Origin: Magallana gigas
Taxonomy: Eukaryota
Assembly (NCBI RefSeq): GCF_963853765.1
Contig: NC_088855.1
Span: 24,118,001 to 24,182,000 of the forward strand
DNA: 64,000 nucleotides
Reading direction: 5' to 3'
This document shows, in pieces, positions 13,501 through 35,820 of the stretch (position 1 is its first letter; each line of letters begins with the position of its first letter). The position numbers and the translations under genes are program-made. Under the pieces are notes generated by a model. The model was not told the DNA's origin and made no database searches. It saw only the letters and a program-made list of their open reading frames with translations.

Positions 13501-14247
13501 GTAAGCCATATTTTTGTCGGAAAAGCCGTAAAGAAGCCCTAATTTGAGCAAAATTGAATTATTGTCGTCCTGTACAAAAATTGATCTGCTATATATTCCT
13601 TAGAAGAGAGATCTTTCTTCTGACAAAAAATGATAATTTTTAAAAATTTTATTTATCATGAAAGTTTAAGTTACATGCAGACATATCATACTAGCATGTT
13701 TTTGCAGCAAAGTAAGATTGAAAAAAATACAGCTCATATTGCTTTAAATATTTTGCGATGAGATACTGTAGAATCATTTATATTTGTGGGGGCCAATTTT
13801 CGTATTGTGAGTTTTTTGCTTATTCGTGGTGATGTAATTTTGTGGTTGTTTGTTTTCAGTTTCAGTAAGACACCTTACCCTTTCAAAATTTGTTTTCATC
13901 AAGGATTTACATTTGAAGGGAGGGCTTCGCATGTATACCACAAAAAGTAAGCCATCACGAATTCTAATGATTCCACAGTATACATTTGTACAAATCACAG
14001 TTATTAAAGCATCTATACACACAGTATTTTATCAGCTTACATATAACAATCTGAAAGACCTCAATTATTGTTTACAAAATTCAAATGTATTATCTTGGCT
14101 GATGCAACCACAAAATGACGGGGTTTAACTTTATTAGATTTTTTCACCCATACCACATACCAATCCACCAAAAAATGCAATACATGAACAACATTTCTGC
14201 ATTGGTGGTAAAGCTCTTTTATAAAATCTTTGCTTAAAGTCAAGTCT

Positions 14248-22908
<8,661 letters not shown>

Positions 22909-24185
22909 TGTACATCTCTTTCGATTAAAAAGTATTTGAATAAACGCTAAATGAATTAAAATCCAAACATCTGTCATTTTGCATAATAAACAAACCCACT
23001 TTTGTACCTCCTTCGCTTGAAGAGTTCTTCAAATTTCCCGCGGAAACGTCACAACTATTCAAACGCAGCAGTAAATGAAATAACCATATGAAGTACCTGT
23101 TGATGTGACATCTCTTGGACTTAATGACATGAATTTGCTATTTTTAAATTGGTCACATTAAATATTTAATTATTCCAACTATAGGCATTTTCTCTCATAG
23201 ACTGTTTTCCAAACTTAATTTGCAACTATGGTCATGATGGTACACTCCAATCTTAAAAAGATCAATAAGTTCAGTGATTATACTCCGTCTGTTATAAAGA
23301 CCATGTTTCTGCTAAAAAGTTCTGTGATATTAATGCAGAATTTAAGTGTAAAAATTGTTGCATAACATGATTGCTCTTATTAATATCTTAAATATACCGG
23401 TACATGTAACTTCCTTAGCCAAGGTTTTTATACAATCTGTTGAAAATAGAGTGTTGCTAACCCTCGGATTGCACAGATGAACATGTACATCCTACGTGTA
23501 TGGTATAAACCTTTCTAATGAAGGTAAAAATGACAAAACTTTTATGTCAGTACAAACAAAATTTTATTATAATTGCAAAAAATGTAATATCACTCAGACA
23601 AAAATCTGAGGAAGGAATGTGACTAGAAATAGAAAGACTTTAGAAGTGAGCTATTTTCTTGGAAATACATGTATGTAGCAAAGAAAGTGCAAGTCCCAAA
23701 TATCGCTCTACATTTAAATCTGAGGTGAAAACTACACATATTAGCTGACAATGCTTCATAAATTCTCCCTCACATCACACAAATACAGGTGTGTAAACCG
23801 TGTGTTAACACAAATATTATTTCACATGGATAAACTTGAATAAATGAAAATAACAGTGAATATCATAAAATCTATTATTGCGTTGCATAATAAAACAAAC
23901 ACTCACATAAAAACAATATAACCCAACAAATAGTGATAATTCATATATATGTCAATCTGATAAATGACTGTTAACATTAAGTAGACGTACCAGTCATAAA
24001 ATATACATGTATATATGTACATGTTTGTCAAATGCCCATTTTTTTGGTTTCTTTAACATAAAAGTTAAGCAATCAATATATTACTAAATGTTTACTGTAA
24101 ACCACTTGTGTTTACATGCAAGAAAACCTCGGCATCATGAATATTTCTTTTTGCACACCAGTCCTCTGTCTCTGTCAGATGTATT

Positions 24186-24235
24186 AGAACCATTTTAACA
24201 GGAGCTTGGACTTTGGGTAGTTGTGCCAAACAGCA
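24186..24235. mobile_element. Solo end fragment of a MITE family
   Basis: TAGAACCATTTTAACAGGAGCTTGGACTTTGGGTAGTTGTGCCAAACAGCA is near-identical to ~48132-48182 and resembles the TIR of the element at 37710-38017. Confidence 0.55.
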
Positions 24236-24842
24236 ATGTGACATAGGCCTATTTCATTGCTGGCAATTCAGCCATGGCTATTTTAAATTAACAAGATTTG
24301 TCTGGCTTTTGAGCTAGGACTAATCTGTGCGTATTTCCAGCATCATTTGCATTTAACCAGCATCATTTTTCACTTGTTTCAATGCAAGAAATAGTTACTT
24401 CCTACCGAAAGTTCAAGGTCTTATTAAAATGGTTCTATTTTCCAGAGAATCTACATTTTAATCTCAAATATTACTTGGCATGAACCAGTTTATCTTTGGT
24501 AAATGCAAAATAAAGTTGTCACGATTATTATTTGGTTTACAGTATTTTTGTGTGTATAATGTGTAACTTTAGATCATATTAATTCAGAAGTAGTAGTATA
24601 AAGCTTGTAGATTTTCCAACATTGTTTAACACTGACAGTCACATGTACATGTACTGCTAGCAACACTGCACATCAGTACATGTATCATAACAGTAAAAAC
24701 CCAATTCGTATAGTAAAAATTACAGTATTTTCATGAGTAAGAAATATTAAAGCTAAAATTTCAAAATGTATACATATTATGAAATACAGTTATTTTAAAC
24801 GAAAACTCATTTATAAAGCCATCTATAACAAAACAAAAAAAT

Positions 24843-27800
24843 TTATCTCAAATGGTGGAAGCTGTTTTTGGGGCTGCTTTCATTCAAGCGTGGAGATTTC
24901 CTTTGACCTTGTTTGTGCACTGGTGATTTCTTTGATCTTTTGGGAAAATCATTTTCTGTGTCATCTATATCATCAATGGAAGTATTTGCAGTCTGCAGAA
25001 AGGAAAAATCATAGGTAAAATACATAATAGAAGTCTTCTGCCCTCTCTTTTATTGATTAATGATTTTTGTCCTTATGATTTTTTTCTGTTTGTGACGCTT
25101 TTACTCTTGAATGCATGATCATGTTAATTATTCAAGTTACAAAAACTCATCTTCGCTAGACAAGGGTGACAATTCACGGTGTTTTCTAATAGAGAATAAT
25201 CGTGGATCGTCACCCATGGCTAGCGAAGATTACAAAAACTATGCATCCTAGCAGTAAAACATTCACCCGTTATCAACACATGACATATATAAACATGGAT
25301 CAGTAAATAAAATGGCAAATTTTTGGGGTGAAGGCCATACTTGTATGGTTACTATCTCATTTAAATCAGACTTACTGCAAATTTTTCCTGAAGTGCAGAG
25401 TACATCACAGAGGTTAGGTTGCTGGGACTACTGGCCACCCTCTTCCTCGATTTGTTGACCAGTGGAGTACCCCCGGGGCTCCTAGAAACGTACAGGATTA
25501 TAATCAACAAAATCAAAACTTTCTAATAAATTTTGACTTGTCTTTATAAACATTTATGAAAATCAGTAGATATGACATATGGAAATGATATATGCACATT
25601 GCCATTCAGTTTTGAGTGATGATGGAAATCAAACATGATGAGAACAATACACATTTTTTACAGTATACATACAGTAAATACATAAACACTACTTGTTATT
25701 CATGAATTGAAAACTCAGATGAGGTTACTGTACCTTTTCATGTCTGTTTTCTTTAGAGTCCTCTTGAATTTGACAGCTTCTTTAGCAATCCTTGTAAAAT
25801 GAATGTTAAACATCTATAGTTGTTGAGTAATATGCCAAGTAATTGTAATTATTTATTTGTTTATATGAGAATCAAAATGAGTCAAAAATGTCAGTGACAT
25901 GAAGGCCTAACAGGAGGCAAGTTAATTCCCAATATATTCCAAAACACTTATTAAGAGATTTCATTACATGTATAAGCAGAGAAAACTAAAAGCATATGCT
26001 AACTATACTAAATAATCATTATTCAAACATACATGTACCAGTAGTTATATTTAAGTTATTTATGATAAGTGAATTTATGTTGAGGTAAAAAAAAAAATTA
26101 AGTCCAAGGGTCATAACTCTGCTAAAAATACATGTAACTGTATACTAATTTATATTTTATCTTTAATAATAAACTCAATGTCTGTAAGCACTATCTGTGA
26201 AAATTGCTGTCATGGTAGGACAGGAAAATTAACAAAAAGAAAAGAGTGACACAACATACCTGACCTTATTTTGGTGAAGCATAAAAGATATACTTGCATG
26301 TAATACTATGTGAACTCACTTCGTTTATGAAAAAAATGGAAAATAATCAAAACTTACATGGCTGTTACATCCTCTTGGATGACCCCCTCTGGTCTGCAGT
26401 TTCTTAACTTTATTCTGTTTATCTGAGCTTCACCCAGTGTCTGCTTTCCTGGCTGTTAAAAAAACAACAACAAATAAACATGATGATTGATATGATACTG
26501 TTACTCATAAACTCGGCAGAAGTTTGCTGATCATTCCAATAGGATAGTTTACAATTATGTAAATTACAAAATACATGTATAATACTCGTCTACCCAAGTT
26601 TGACATTGAGCTTTAAATTATTCAGTATGCAATTAATATAGCATATTGTCTACAGTAAAACATGGTTTACAGGGAGCATGCTTGTAACAAATTTGTGCAA
26701 ACTGTGACATATAGTCCCTGAATCCCTAGTTGGGTGCTCTGTCAACTGAGCTATCTGGCACTGGTACTACATGTAATAATTGAACAGGTCTTGCAATCAC
26801 ATTTGTAACAAATTAAATACTGTAGACAGGGTTATTTTTGTGTAATTTTCACCCTTTAACACTTGCAAACAGTTTAGCCCCGTCTTGAATTTTCGCCCAG
26901 ACACAGCTGTGTTTAAAGAAAGATAGTTTGAGACATTGGAATTCGCCCAGTCTTAAATTCGCCCACTAACAACAAGGGCAAAAGGGGCGAAAATAAAACG
27001 GGGGCAAATATTTCCCTGTATACAGTAGTTGGTTTTTGGCAATTTAATATAAGACTAGTGTGTTTATTAGATGGTTATTTCCTTCAGTTACAGCAAGAGG
27101 TTACTTAATATGAGGAATAAACTACATAATGACTTGATGTCATAACACTGTCAATCTAAGACAGTCACTGAAAACCCCACCTCAGAGTCCACAGTCTTCT
27201 GCCTTTGTCTCAGTTTGACTGATTTCAAAGCTTCTTCTGTTACCAGAAAAACTCTGTTCTCATTTTCCTGGATCTGTACAGAAATTAAGTTCAAGTAAAA
27301 TACATTATTTCAGCAAAAATGATGAAAGAATTACTGGTATATTGGCGGTAAGTGAATCTAGTGAAATACCAAAATACATTAAAGCATCAGTCATTATACT
27401 TACTATTTTCCTTTTAGGTTTTATTCTGGTGGTCATCAGACTGGAGCTTGGTGTTGCTGGAGGAGGGGGTGGGGGTGGCGGTGGAGGAGGGGGAGGGGGT
27501 GGGACTGATGTACCGGTAGTCGTAAATTCCGAGACATTTGATTGCTTCTTGTCCAGAGGTTGGCCACACCTGGCACACAAACATTGGCAGGGGGAGCACA
27601 ATGTCGGTTGGACCAAATTGTATGGACCATCCTTTTTAAAACACAAGTAAATGTAAACAGAAATAAATAAATTTAGTCATACATATGTATGTGCATTAAT
27701 GACAATCACAACAGTTTCTTTTTAATTGTTGTGGTAGGTCTATATATATACTGTTCTTAGACTGATCCTGACTGTCACTTTAATCATGTCTAGACAGAAC

Positions 27801-28936
27801 TCTATTACTCGGAGACACGTAAATATTACACTTTTAAATGCATCAATAAACAACCTATGTTGGGGCTGAATTTCAAGACATAAATTATGGCGGACTGTCA
27901 TGAGATTCATTGAAAGCATCAGTCCAAATTTCACGTTGAGCCAAATCTATATCTAGATTAGTTCTACATACTAGATGCAATTAGTACCTGTTTGTCTTTC
28001 TTCAAAATGTTTAATTCTCTCTCTAACAGTTCAATTTTGTTTAGTGCTGTCTGAATTTCTTCCTGAAAATTTGCTTCTCTTGATACATCTGATTCCTTCG
28101 ATTTCTGCAAAAGATGAAAAATAGAAGAGTTTTCATAAGTACATGTACCTTTAAAACAGAGTCATTAACAGTTAGTATATACATATATGTCTTTGTTCAA
28201 AACAACAATCTAAAAAAGAAGACAACTTAACAGATTAAATCAAGTACAGAGTAAATCATATTCTTTTATATGTACTGTACTGTACATGTAGTGTTTGAAA
28301 TATAATTTTCTTTTCTAGCTGTCATAAAAGTGTTAATTTTTTCTCTGTAAGAAGACTCTGTTTATGCCAAATTTTAAATTTCTATAATAATTTCAGCTAC
28401 TGTCTAATGAGCCACTACTATGATATTTTCTTTTGTATGCTACATTCAATCATGCATAGCTACATGCCTATACATTTCCATACAAATTTCAATATTCATG
28501 TCTGCACTTATAATTCATTCCTCCAAAATCTTTAAAAAAAAACCATGACTTCCCTTCTCTGTAAAATATCTACCAGTAATTGTAAATAAAATATCCTTTC
28601 ATTATAAATTAATATTTAAATTAGATTTAGTCACATTATTAAAGTATTTATTATAGACATATGCCTTCTGGATCTGGCCATAGTATAAATCTCCCATCGC
28701 TTCAATTTCAAATTTAGAAACTTGCTTAATTAATGCCATTAACAAATACTAAAGTACAGGCTACAAACTAATCATAAAACCTTTGTCATTCTCTGTTGAC
28801 ACCATGAATAGATTGATGAAAAACCACTCATTTTTGAGACAAATTCGCCCACTTTATACATGTTGTACCATGGCAGTAAATCTGGTGCAACTGTCCTTAT
28901 GAAAGTTTGTTTGGGACTTGCTGTTGTGGGTTCCAT
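24843..28936 (-). CDS. PRR11: Proline-rich protein 11 orthologue (~333 aa, 8 coding exons; true 5' end uncertain)
   Basis: Exons 28936-28781, 28104-27988, 27631-27404, 27273-27181, 26452-26358, 25790-25734, 25481-25376, 24992-24843 give 1002 nt in frame. Motifs SIYSWCQ, a coiled coil, a C-x-x-C segment, a polyproline tract, LKSVKLR, RSPGGTPL and LTSVMYSALQEKF match human PRR11 as I recall it. Adjacency to SKA2 supports the call. Confidence 0.85.
26818..27027. mobile_element. MITE (~210 bp)
   Basis: Inverted termini TACTGTAGACAGGG / CCCTGTATACAGTA inside a PRR11 intron. Confidence 0.75.
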
Positions 28937-29610
28937 TCTGGAAAAAATATATTTATATGGTAGCATCAAAGTATGATTGCATTGCAGACACTTGCTGGAA
29001 CATCATATTATATTGTTGAAAAACGGTTAAAACCACAGTCCTTCTTGCTTCTCTTTCCCCCCGTGGGAGGACTGTCGACAGGGAGGTACATGTACAAGAA
29101 CTAGAACTAAGACTGACCACAGGTTTTCGACAAGACAGCAATCACTTTTAAACTTTTGAAAAATATTTAGCCATTTTATTTTCTGAATTTTTTATGATAT
29201 AATATTATATGCTTTATTGTTGATAATAGTATTTTAAGTATAATGATAAATCTAGGGTTTTGATGTTAATCGTTTTACATTTATTCTTGGTAAAATTCTG
29301 TACAGCGTATATACTAATTACTATATACTTATTAATACTAATTCAGCAGTATTCAAAATCAGACTTATCAACTACCTTGTTGACAATATATAGTCTCAAT
29401 TTTCGACGCAAAATCTTTCACATATCTTGAAAACACAGCATGCACAGTGGAAGTCTACAATAATAATTAGAGTAAAGATAAATACCATTATAAGTATTAA
29501 AGCAATTTACTTTTGAATTCTATAAAAAAAAGGGTTGTCTTATAAATTATATTTTATCACTTTTATCATGTTTATACTCTGTTCTTCGATTCACATTTAA
29601 TTTGATTAAT

Positions 29611-30371
29611 CAGGTTGGGACTAATCTCTCAAATGGGATATAATAGCCCGTTTGGGATATAATAGCCCAAAGTGCAAAAAATAAAAAAATTTGATTTTGA
29701 AATTTTTGATATAAATCCGCATTAGAATAGATGTAATACAACAACTTTTGGTAAACAACTTTTTTTTATTATACATTCATGTTAAATACTGAAATCTGAT
29801 TGGTTAAGACCCCGGTGATAATCCGTTCTATTACCCTCAGCATTAGCAACACACAACACAACGTACGAATTAATTGTTACATGCTAAATTATGCGCGTAC
29901 GGTTCGCCGTGGAATTCACATCATTTCTATATAGAAGCAGTAAGAAAATCTCTAAAATTAAGACAGTCAGTGTAATAAAATAAATAGTACATGTTTGGGG
30001 TGGATAACAGTTGAAATTGAAACCCCTCGAAAACCATTAATGTCAACCTCCGCTTTGCGTCGGTTGACAATGGTTTCCTCGGGGTGTCAATTTCAACTGT
30101 TACCCTCCCAAACAGGCACTATTTATATACTGTAGCTGTACTTTTATAGAGATTGATCCCTCAATATATCCAAAACTTACTGGGGATCAATCTTACAAAC
30201 TATAACGTTAGACAAATAGATAAACTTCTAAACCAAAAGTTGTTGCATTTGATTCACATTAATGCGGATTTATTTCAAAAAATTTAAAATAAAATTTTTC
30301 TATTTTTTGCACTTTAAATTTATATCCCATTTGGGCTATTATATCCCATTTGGGAGATTGGTCCCAACCTG
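29611..30371. mobile_element. TIR element (~760 bp) between PRR11 and SKA2, containing a second repeat that ends in a long hairpin
   Basis: Termini CAGGTTGGGACTAATCTC / GAGATTGGTCCCAACCTG with imperfect inverted similarity over ~140 bp; TTAAT on both flanks. Internal 29982-30124 is an imperfect ~143-bp palindrome. Confidence 0.8.
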
Positions 30372-30574
30372 TTAATTACTCGATATATTTAGATGTCATG
30401 CACGTAATATTTTACTTGAGTCTACCATCAACTTCTTATTTTACAGAAATTTAAAGGTCTAGTGAATATTATGATCCTGATCACAGGCTATAACAATTTC
30501 TAAGTTTTGAAATAGTCCACTAACCTTCTAACAGTTGCCATCATGATGTTCCTGCCATTTGTACCTCCCGCTAT

Positions 30575-30654
30575 AATATAACCAATTAGAATCTACCTTA
30601 CATAAATTCAACCAACCAACTTTCTTGTTACAAAAGCGGAAGTCAAAATTCAAG
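30575..30654 (+). promoter_or_regulatory. SKA2 proximal promoter motifs (CCAAT box, ETS-type GCGGAAGT)
   Basis: CCAAT at 30582-30586 and GCGGAAGT at 30636-30643, just upstream of the ATG. Motif match only. Confidence 0.4.
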
Positions 30655-31548
30655 ATGGAGTCCAAAGTTGAAGTTTTGGAGGCTATGGTACGTAATTTAT
30701 CAAATAATTGTTTCTTAGAGGATTTCTGTGTAAAATTTTATGCTCCCATGAGTATATCAACATGACCAAAGTGTGAAAATCACACAGTTCTTAAGACGTC
30801 GCACATAATTTTCAGATCTGCTAACTTTTGATACTGTCAGTTATTCATCACGTCTATATATGGATACCAAGACATTTGATTTCATTTAGAAATGTTATTT
30901 TCTAGAATATTTTTGTCTTTTTCTAGTTTCAGAAAGCAGAATCAGATCTCAATTTTCTGTCAAGAAAACTGGATTTTGAATTTGACCAAAACAATGAAGA
31001 GAATAAGGTATAGGATTTTGGCAAAGTACTGAAAATGAAAATAGCAAACACTAACCTTTCTTTTAAGTATAATAACAGTGACTGTATCAGATGGAGAAAA
31101 GTCAAGTTCCAAGTGAACCCAGGGCCTCAAGTGTTCTGTGCCAGCGCTCACAGCTGTTGAGACCAGTTATAATAATTAAAATGACTGACAGTCACTCATC
31201 TGTTAACCCAGTCAAATAACTATTGAATTTATGCTTGAATTATGAAGAAAAAAACCAGCATTTGCTAGTATTAATAAGATTTATCTAGGCCTGAGGGTCA
31301 GATCAACCAAACTGTACACACTACAAAAATGATCAACATTATTGTTAACTTTTTCACAAACTTAACCATGAATATGTAGTTTTGTGATTTATTGTAACAT
31401 AATGATATAATATGTAGTTTTGTGTTTTATTTGGATTATTTGGTTCTAATCATTCCACTGATTGTGTTAGAAAACAGAATTAATTAATCTCAGCGAGATT
31501 CGTTGATACTGAAAAATGTTGGCTAACGTCTCTTTAGAAGATAATCAC

Positions 31549-31635
<87 letters not shown>

Positions 31636-34549
31636 TAATAAGGAAGCATTTTTTTTAATATTAAGAGGTGATCAAATACGGTCGATGTAATAAAATCGAT
31701 CAATAATCATTAAGCCCTTGCGGCTTTATTGGGTTTGAAATTTGAAAATAGAACTTGAATATTTTCTCACTTCAGACTAATCCATCACAAATGTTACAAA
31801 AAATTGCTGATGTGAAGAAGGAATTCTCATCCATTGTGCAAGAAGCTGCAGCAATTCAGGAAGCACAAAAGGTAGGTACATTTCTTCAACTCCTAAAATC
31901 AGTTAAGAGTCACAATATTCTTGAATTTTAAGCATTTCAGAAATTTATCGTCTATTTTCCAGGAAGCAGTAGCCCAGTTTCAGTCACAGCTGATGGCTGC
32001 GTGTCAATTGTTGCAGAAAATACAGGAGCAGGGAAGCTTACAAGTAATCAAATTATAAACACAATGCATGTATAAAGAATTGACATATAATTTATAGCAA
32101 AATAATTCATACCATGTGTTTTATATGTATGTTTATATGTGCCCAAAAAAATATTTGTATCTAACCAAGGTTTGAATTTTTCCATCAGTCAGAGGAAAAA
32201 CCAGAAGAGCTGGTCAAGCTGGAAGAATTGCTGGGTGTGAGCTTTCCACATCATCAACCTGATGAAGCAGCCTCTGATGTAAATGTACAACACGAGAACA
32301 ACCAATCAGATCCACCCAACACTGACTTGACCTTTACCCTCAATGCCCAAAAATCAAATGTTAAAGAGGAAGTTGGTATAATTGCTTATCATTAAAACCT
32401 GTGTTAAATTGATACATTTAGCCTAAATGATGGATTGTATTATGAAAAAGTTAAAAGTCAATGAAGAGCTTACAAATGCTTTTAATTTCTTTTTCCCCAT
32501 TTACATTAAATATTTTCGATATCGAAGGATCAATAAGTGCAATTAACTAAATTGTCTTATTTTTTTTTTGAAAGACGTGAAAGAAGTGTTATCTCCCTTG
32601 GACCTACGGTCACAGTCCAATGAGTTTATAGAATTGTCAGCAGAAGAGTTTGAATCTGTCCCAGCTACTACCAGAGGAAGAGTCAAACTCGCTGATGTCA
32701 ACATGGTATGAATTCTTTTTAATCCTTTTTATTTAGTAGCTTACATGTATCTTTTAATTAGGATGCATATTTAAATACTGTATATGTAAGACCATAGAAA
32801 ATTCATTGCTTGATTCTTGGGCAATTTTATTTCCAGAACTTGAAAGTTCTTAAAAGGAAATCTTATGTTATTCATTTAAATAAAAATTCCCAATGTGCAT
32901 TGTTAAATAAGATTAAGATGGGCCTAAATTTCAAGGAATTAATTTTTTGTTGGCTATTATATTCATATATTTCATGTATATAAATAGTTTTCCCCCCATT
33001 AATTGCATATATATGTTTCAACTTTAGGCTTACAGAGTGTTATGGAGACACTTCAAAGAGGAAGACAACAGGTAATGGTTGTACATGTCTGTTCTTCTGT
33101 CTGTCAAAATTGTTGTCTTCGTTGCAAGTAAATGACTTTATTTTGTGACAAAACTTTGAAAACACAATCCAAGTTTTATTGACTGGTTCATGCAGTTTAA
33201 GCAATTCATCAAAACCCTAAGCCATACTATTATCTCCCTCAAAACTATTATAGTAATGTTGGTGTTTGTGAGTGTTTTGTGGAAAAGTGATAAATAAGAA
33301 GATTGCTCCCTTATTGAACATAACACTGTATAGGTGTGAATATATTGAGAGATGTTTGTGAGGAGATACGTCCCTTTCTAGTGACCTTGTCCTTTACGAG
33401 TGTGATAGTTACATGTCAGACTGCAACATTTTATTTTGACAGCAATCCTTTGGGACCCTCTGAGATGTACAAGATGGGCTTAAAAGTATCGGGGGCCACA
33501 GGAGAAGCCAAGCTTAAGGTACGACATTAGATTTATTTTGTCATGTACATGTATTTATAGGTGAGACTTTACTAGAATTTGAACGGACCTTCTGATATAG
33601 TTGGCCAACTTGTCCTTTAGATTTAAAATAATATAAAAAAGAGAGGTGTTTGATAAAACCAAATTTATACTTTAGTCAAATGTTTATTTCTTTTAACCTA
33701 TATAAAAAGGATGTTAAGGTTTAGACAAATGAAAGAGTTTTTTCATTTCGAAGCATTATTTTTCATTCATTTTTGGGAGTTGATTTTAATCAACTCTCCT
33801 ATGCAGTTACTCTGACAAACCGAAAGTGAAACAGTGTTTGGACCAAAGCACAAATCATCGCCGCTGACAAGAATTAGTGAATAAATGATAAATCCGAAAT
33901 AATGTATGCTAAAGCATTGTTTTTCAAGAAAACATATTTATAAATACATTGAAAATAGTCAGATTTTAAATGGTATGAACAATTTAGATATTTTTGTAGT
34001 TGTATGTATTCTTACGCCAGAGTTCAATATAGTCTCGTTAAACTCGACGCTCGACTGTCTCCATAAATCTCCGACAAGTAGAGTGTCTCTCTTGCTTGTC
34101 GGAGATTAACGGCGAGAGCTGAGCGTTTGGTTGAACAAGACGAGAGTTCAATATTGCTTGGATCCATAAATTTTCCAGAAATATTTCTATCACTGATACA
34201 TAGTTTGATTGAATTTATTCTATCTTTAAATATTACTTAACATGATTCATATGGGGTTTTATCAACATTCTTGTGTCGAAAAAGTCCGAAAATTCATATT
34301 ATAAAAATGTGCGTAATTCAAATGCAGATTAGAAACTACCTGTACTTGTCATGCAAAATAATATATCATTGATTTAAAAATAAATAACCATCGATAAAAT
34401 CAACTCCCGTCAGTTCTTCGGTTCTTTGATTGTCAATTACCACATTGTCTTATGTTTAATGTACATGTATTTGTTTCGTTATTATGTAGGTTCTTAAATC
34501 ACTGAAACTATGTACAATCAGCAACAAAATGGAAGTCAAGTTGGTTTGA
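30655..34549 (+). CDS. SKA2: Spindle and kinetochore-associated protein 2, long form (~262 aa, 9 exons)
   Basis: Exons 30655-30687, 30927-31007, 31776-31871, 31963-32043, 32189-32375, 32575-32705, 33028-33071, 33443-33518, 34490-34549 give 789 nt. N-terminus [30 protein letters not shown] matches human [30 protein letters not shown]; there is an extra C-terminal domain. Confidence 0.9.
31556..31632. repeat. (AT)n microsatellite (~38 units)
   Basis: Pure AT run in SKA2 intron 2. Confidence 0.95.
34019..34154. mobile_element. Short GC-rich stem-loop insert flanked by 12-bp direct repeats
   Basis: AGAGTTCAATAT occurs at 34019-34030 and 34143-34154, flanking 112 bp that contain the stem AATCTCCGACAAG / CTTGTCGGAGATT. 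Confidence 0.6.
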
Positions 34550-35820
34550 TGGATGCAGTTAGAGGAAAGATCATTAAGTAAAAGAAAGTACTGAAAGTAC
34601 TATTACTCCAAGCACTGAGTAGAAGGGAAAGTACTACACAATACTTGCTGATGCATGTTCATACAGATGTCATTAATAAGGGACACACATTTTTTGCTTT
34701 GTTTAGAGCTAAATGTGACTGATAGCTCAAAAATGGCCGATTAGGTGGCATTTGTCTCCAGTGCAAAATTTAGTTTTGAGCGACTTTCATTCCATTAAAC
34801 ATGGAGAACTCATTTCTGATTTGCAATTATTGAACCTAGAGGAGTTGTGATTCAGAATATATCCAGCATAAGAATTATCCATGTAGATATATGTGTCAAC
34901 CAGCCAATAATTTTTCCCTTTTCTTTTTGTATAAAGCTTGGTAAAATATGTTTTGGGTCATGTGTTCAACTTAGAAGTCATTGTAATGAAAAATTTTATG
35001 AAAGATTTCAGATCACAAAAGTGTATTACTGTTTATAATACCAGATATACATGTATATTGCTGTTCAATTTGCATTGTGTATGTATATTGTAGCTCTTTT
35101 TAAAACTGTTTAAAAATCGATCAACAGCAAGGATTTACATCAATTTTTGTATTTCAAGTTGTGCCAAGATGGATTTGATTTACATGAATTGTTGTTTACA
35201 TGAGATACATGTATTGTTATATTATGTTATTATTGACTAGACATCAGACTCTTATAGCATATGTTTGGGAAAACATTTACGGCATATGTTTGGGAAATGT
35301 TTTCCCCTCTTAATACAAAATAGTTTTTCACCAAATGTGTTCATACTTCATACATGTGTTTCTTTTTTTAATCAATTTCTAACATTTTAGAATGATTTTT
35401 TCTCAGCATACTGTGTTTGTAAAGTAGAAATAGGTAAAGAAAATACAGGAGATCTCATTTATTATACTTCTTAACCCAGATTCTTCTCCTTGTATCATCG
35501 AAAACAATTTGGTAAATGATGTAAGCTATTCTATCATTGGTAATGCATTTAACCAGAAGCTTTATTAAGATTAACAATTTGGAAGGTAAACTGGAATGAA
35601 TCTGAAGAATCTGCTGTAAATGAAAATATATTGATTCATTGTAACAAATATCAATTATTCAATACAGATGTACCAGTTATTACAAAGACAAATATAAAAA
35701 TCTCTACAACGTTTTTAAGGTTCTTATGTGATTACTGGTACTAAATGAATCAAGAAAAAAATTGTGAACTCGGTGCATAGTTTGCTTTATTTGTGTATTT
35801 ATTTAAATTTATTATTTTTC

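Noticed and set aside
13185-13760. Partial inverted repeats suggesting a TTAA-type transposon in the presumed RNF215 3' region
   Set aside because: Only one credible terminus is visible, so boundaries cannot be supported.
25376-25481. RSPGGTP motif suggesting MTFR1/MTFR2
   Set aside because: SIYSWCQ, the exon order and adjacency to SKA2 fit PRR11 better.
27342-27650. Plus-strand poly-Gly ORF
   Set aside because: Antisense shadow of the PRR11 polyproline exon.
28665-28724. Possible extra 60-nt PRR11 exon (QVSKFEIEAMGDLYYGQIQK)
   Set aside because: It needs a 56-nt upstream intron and a non-consensus GCATAT donor, and the gene is in frame without it. RNA-seq could revive it.
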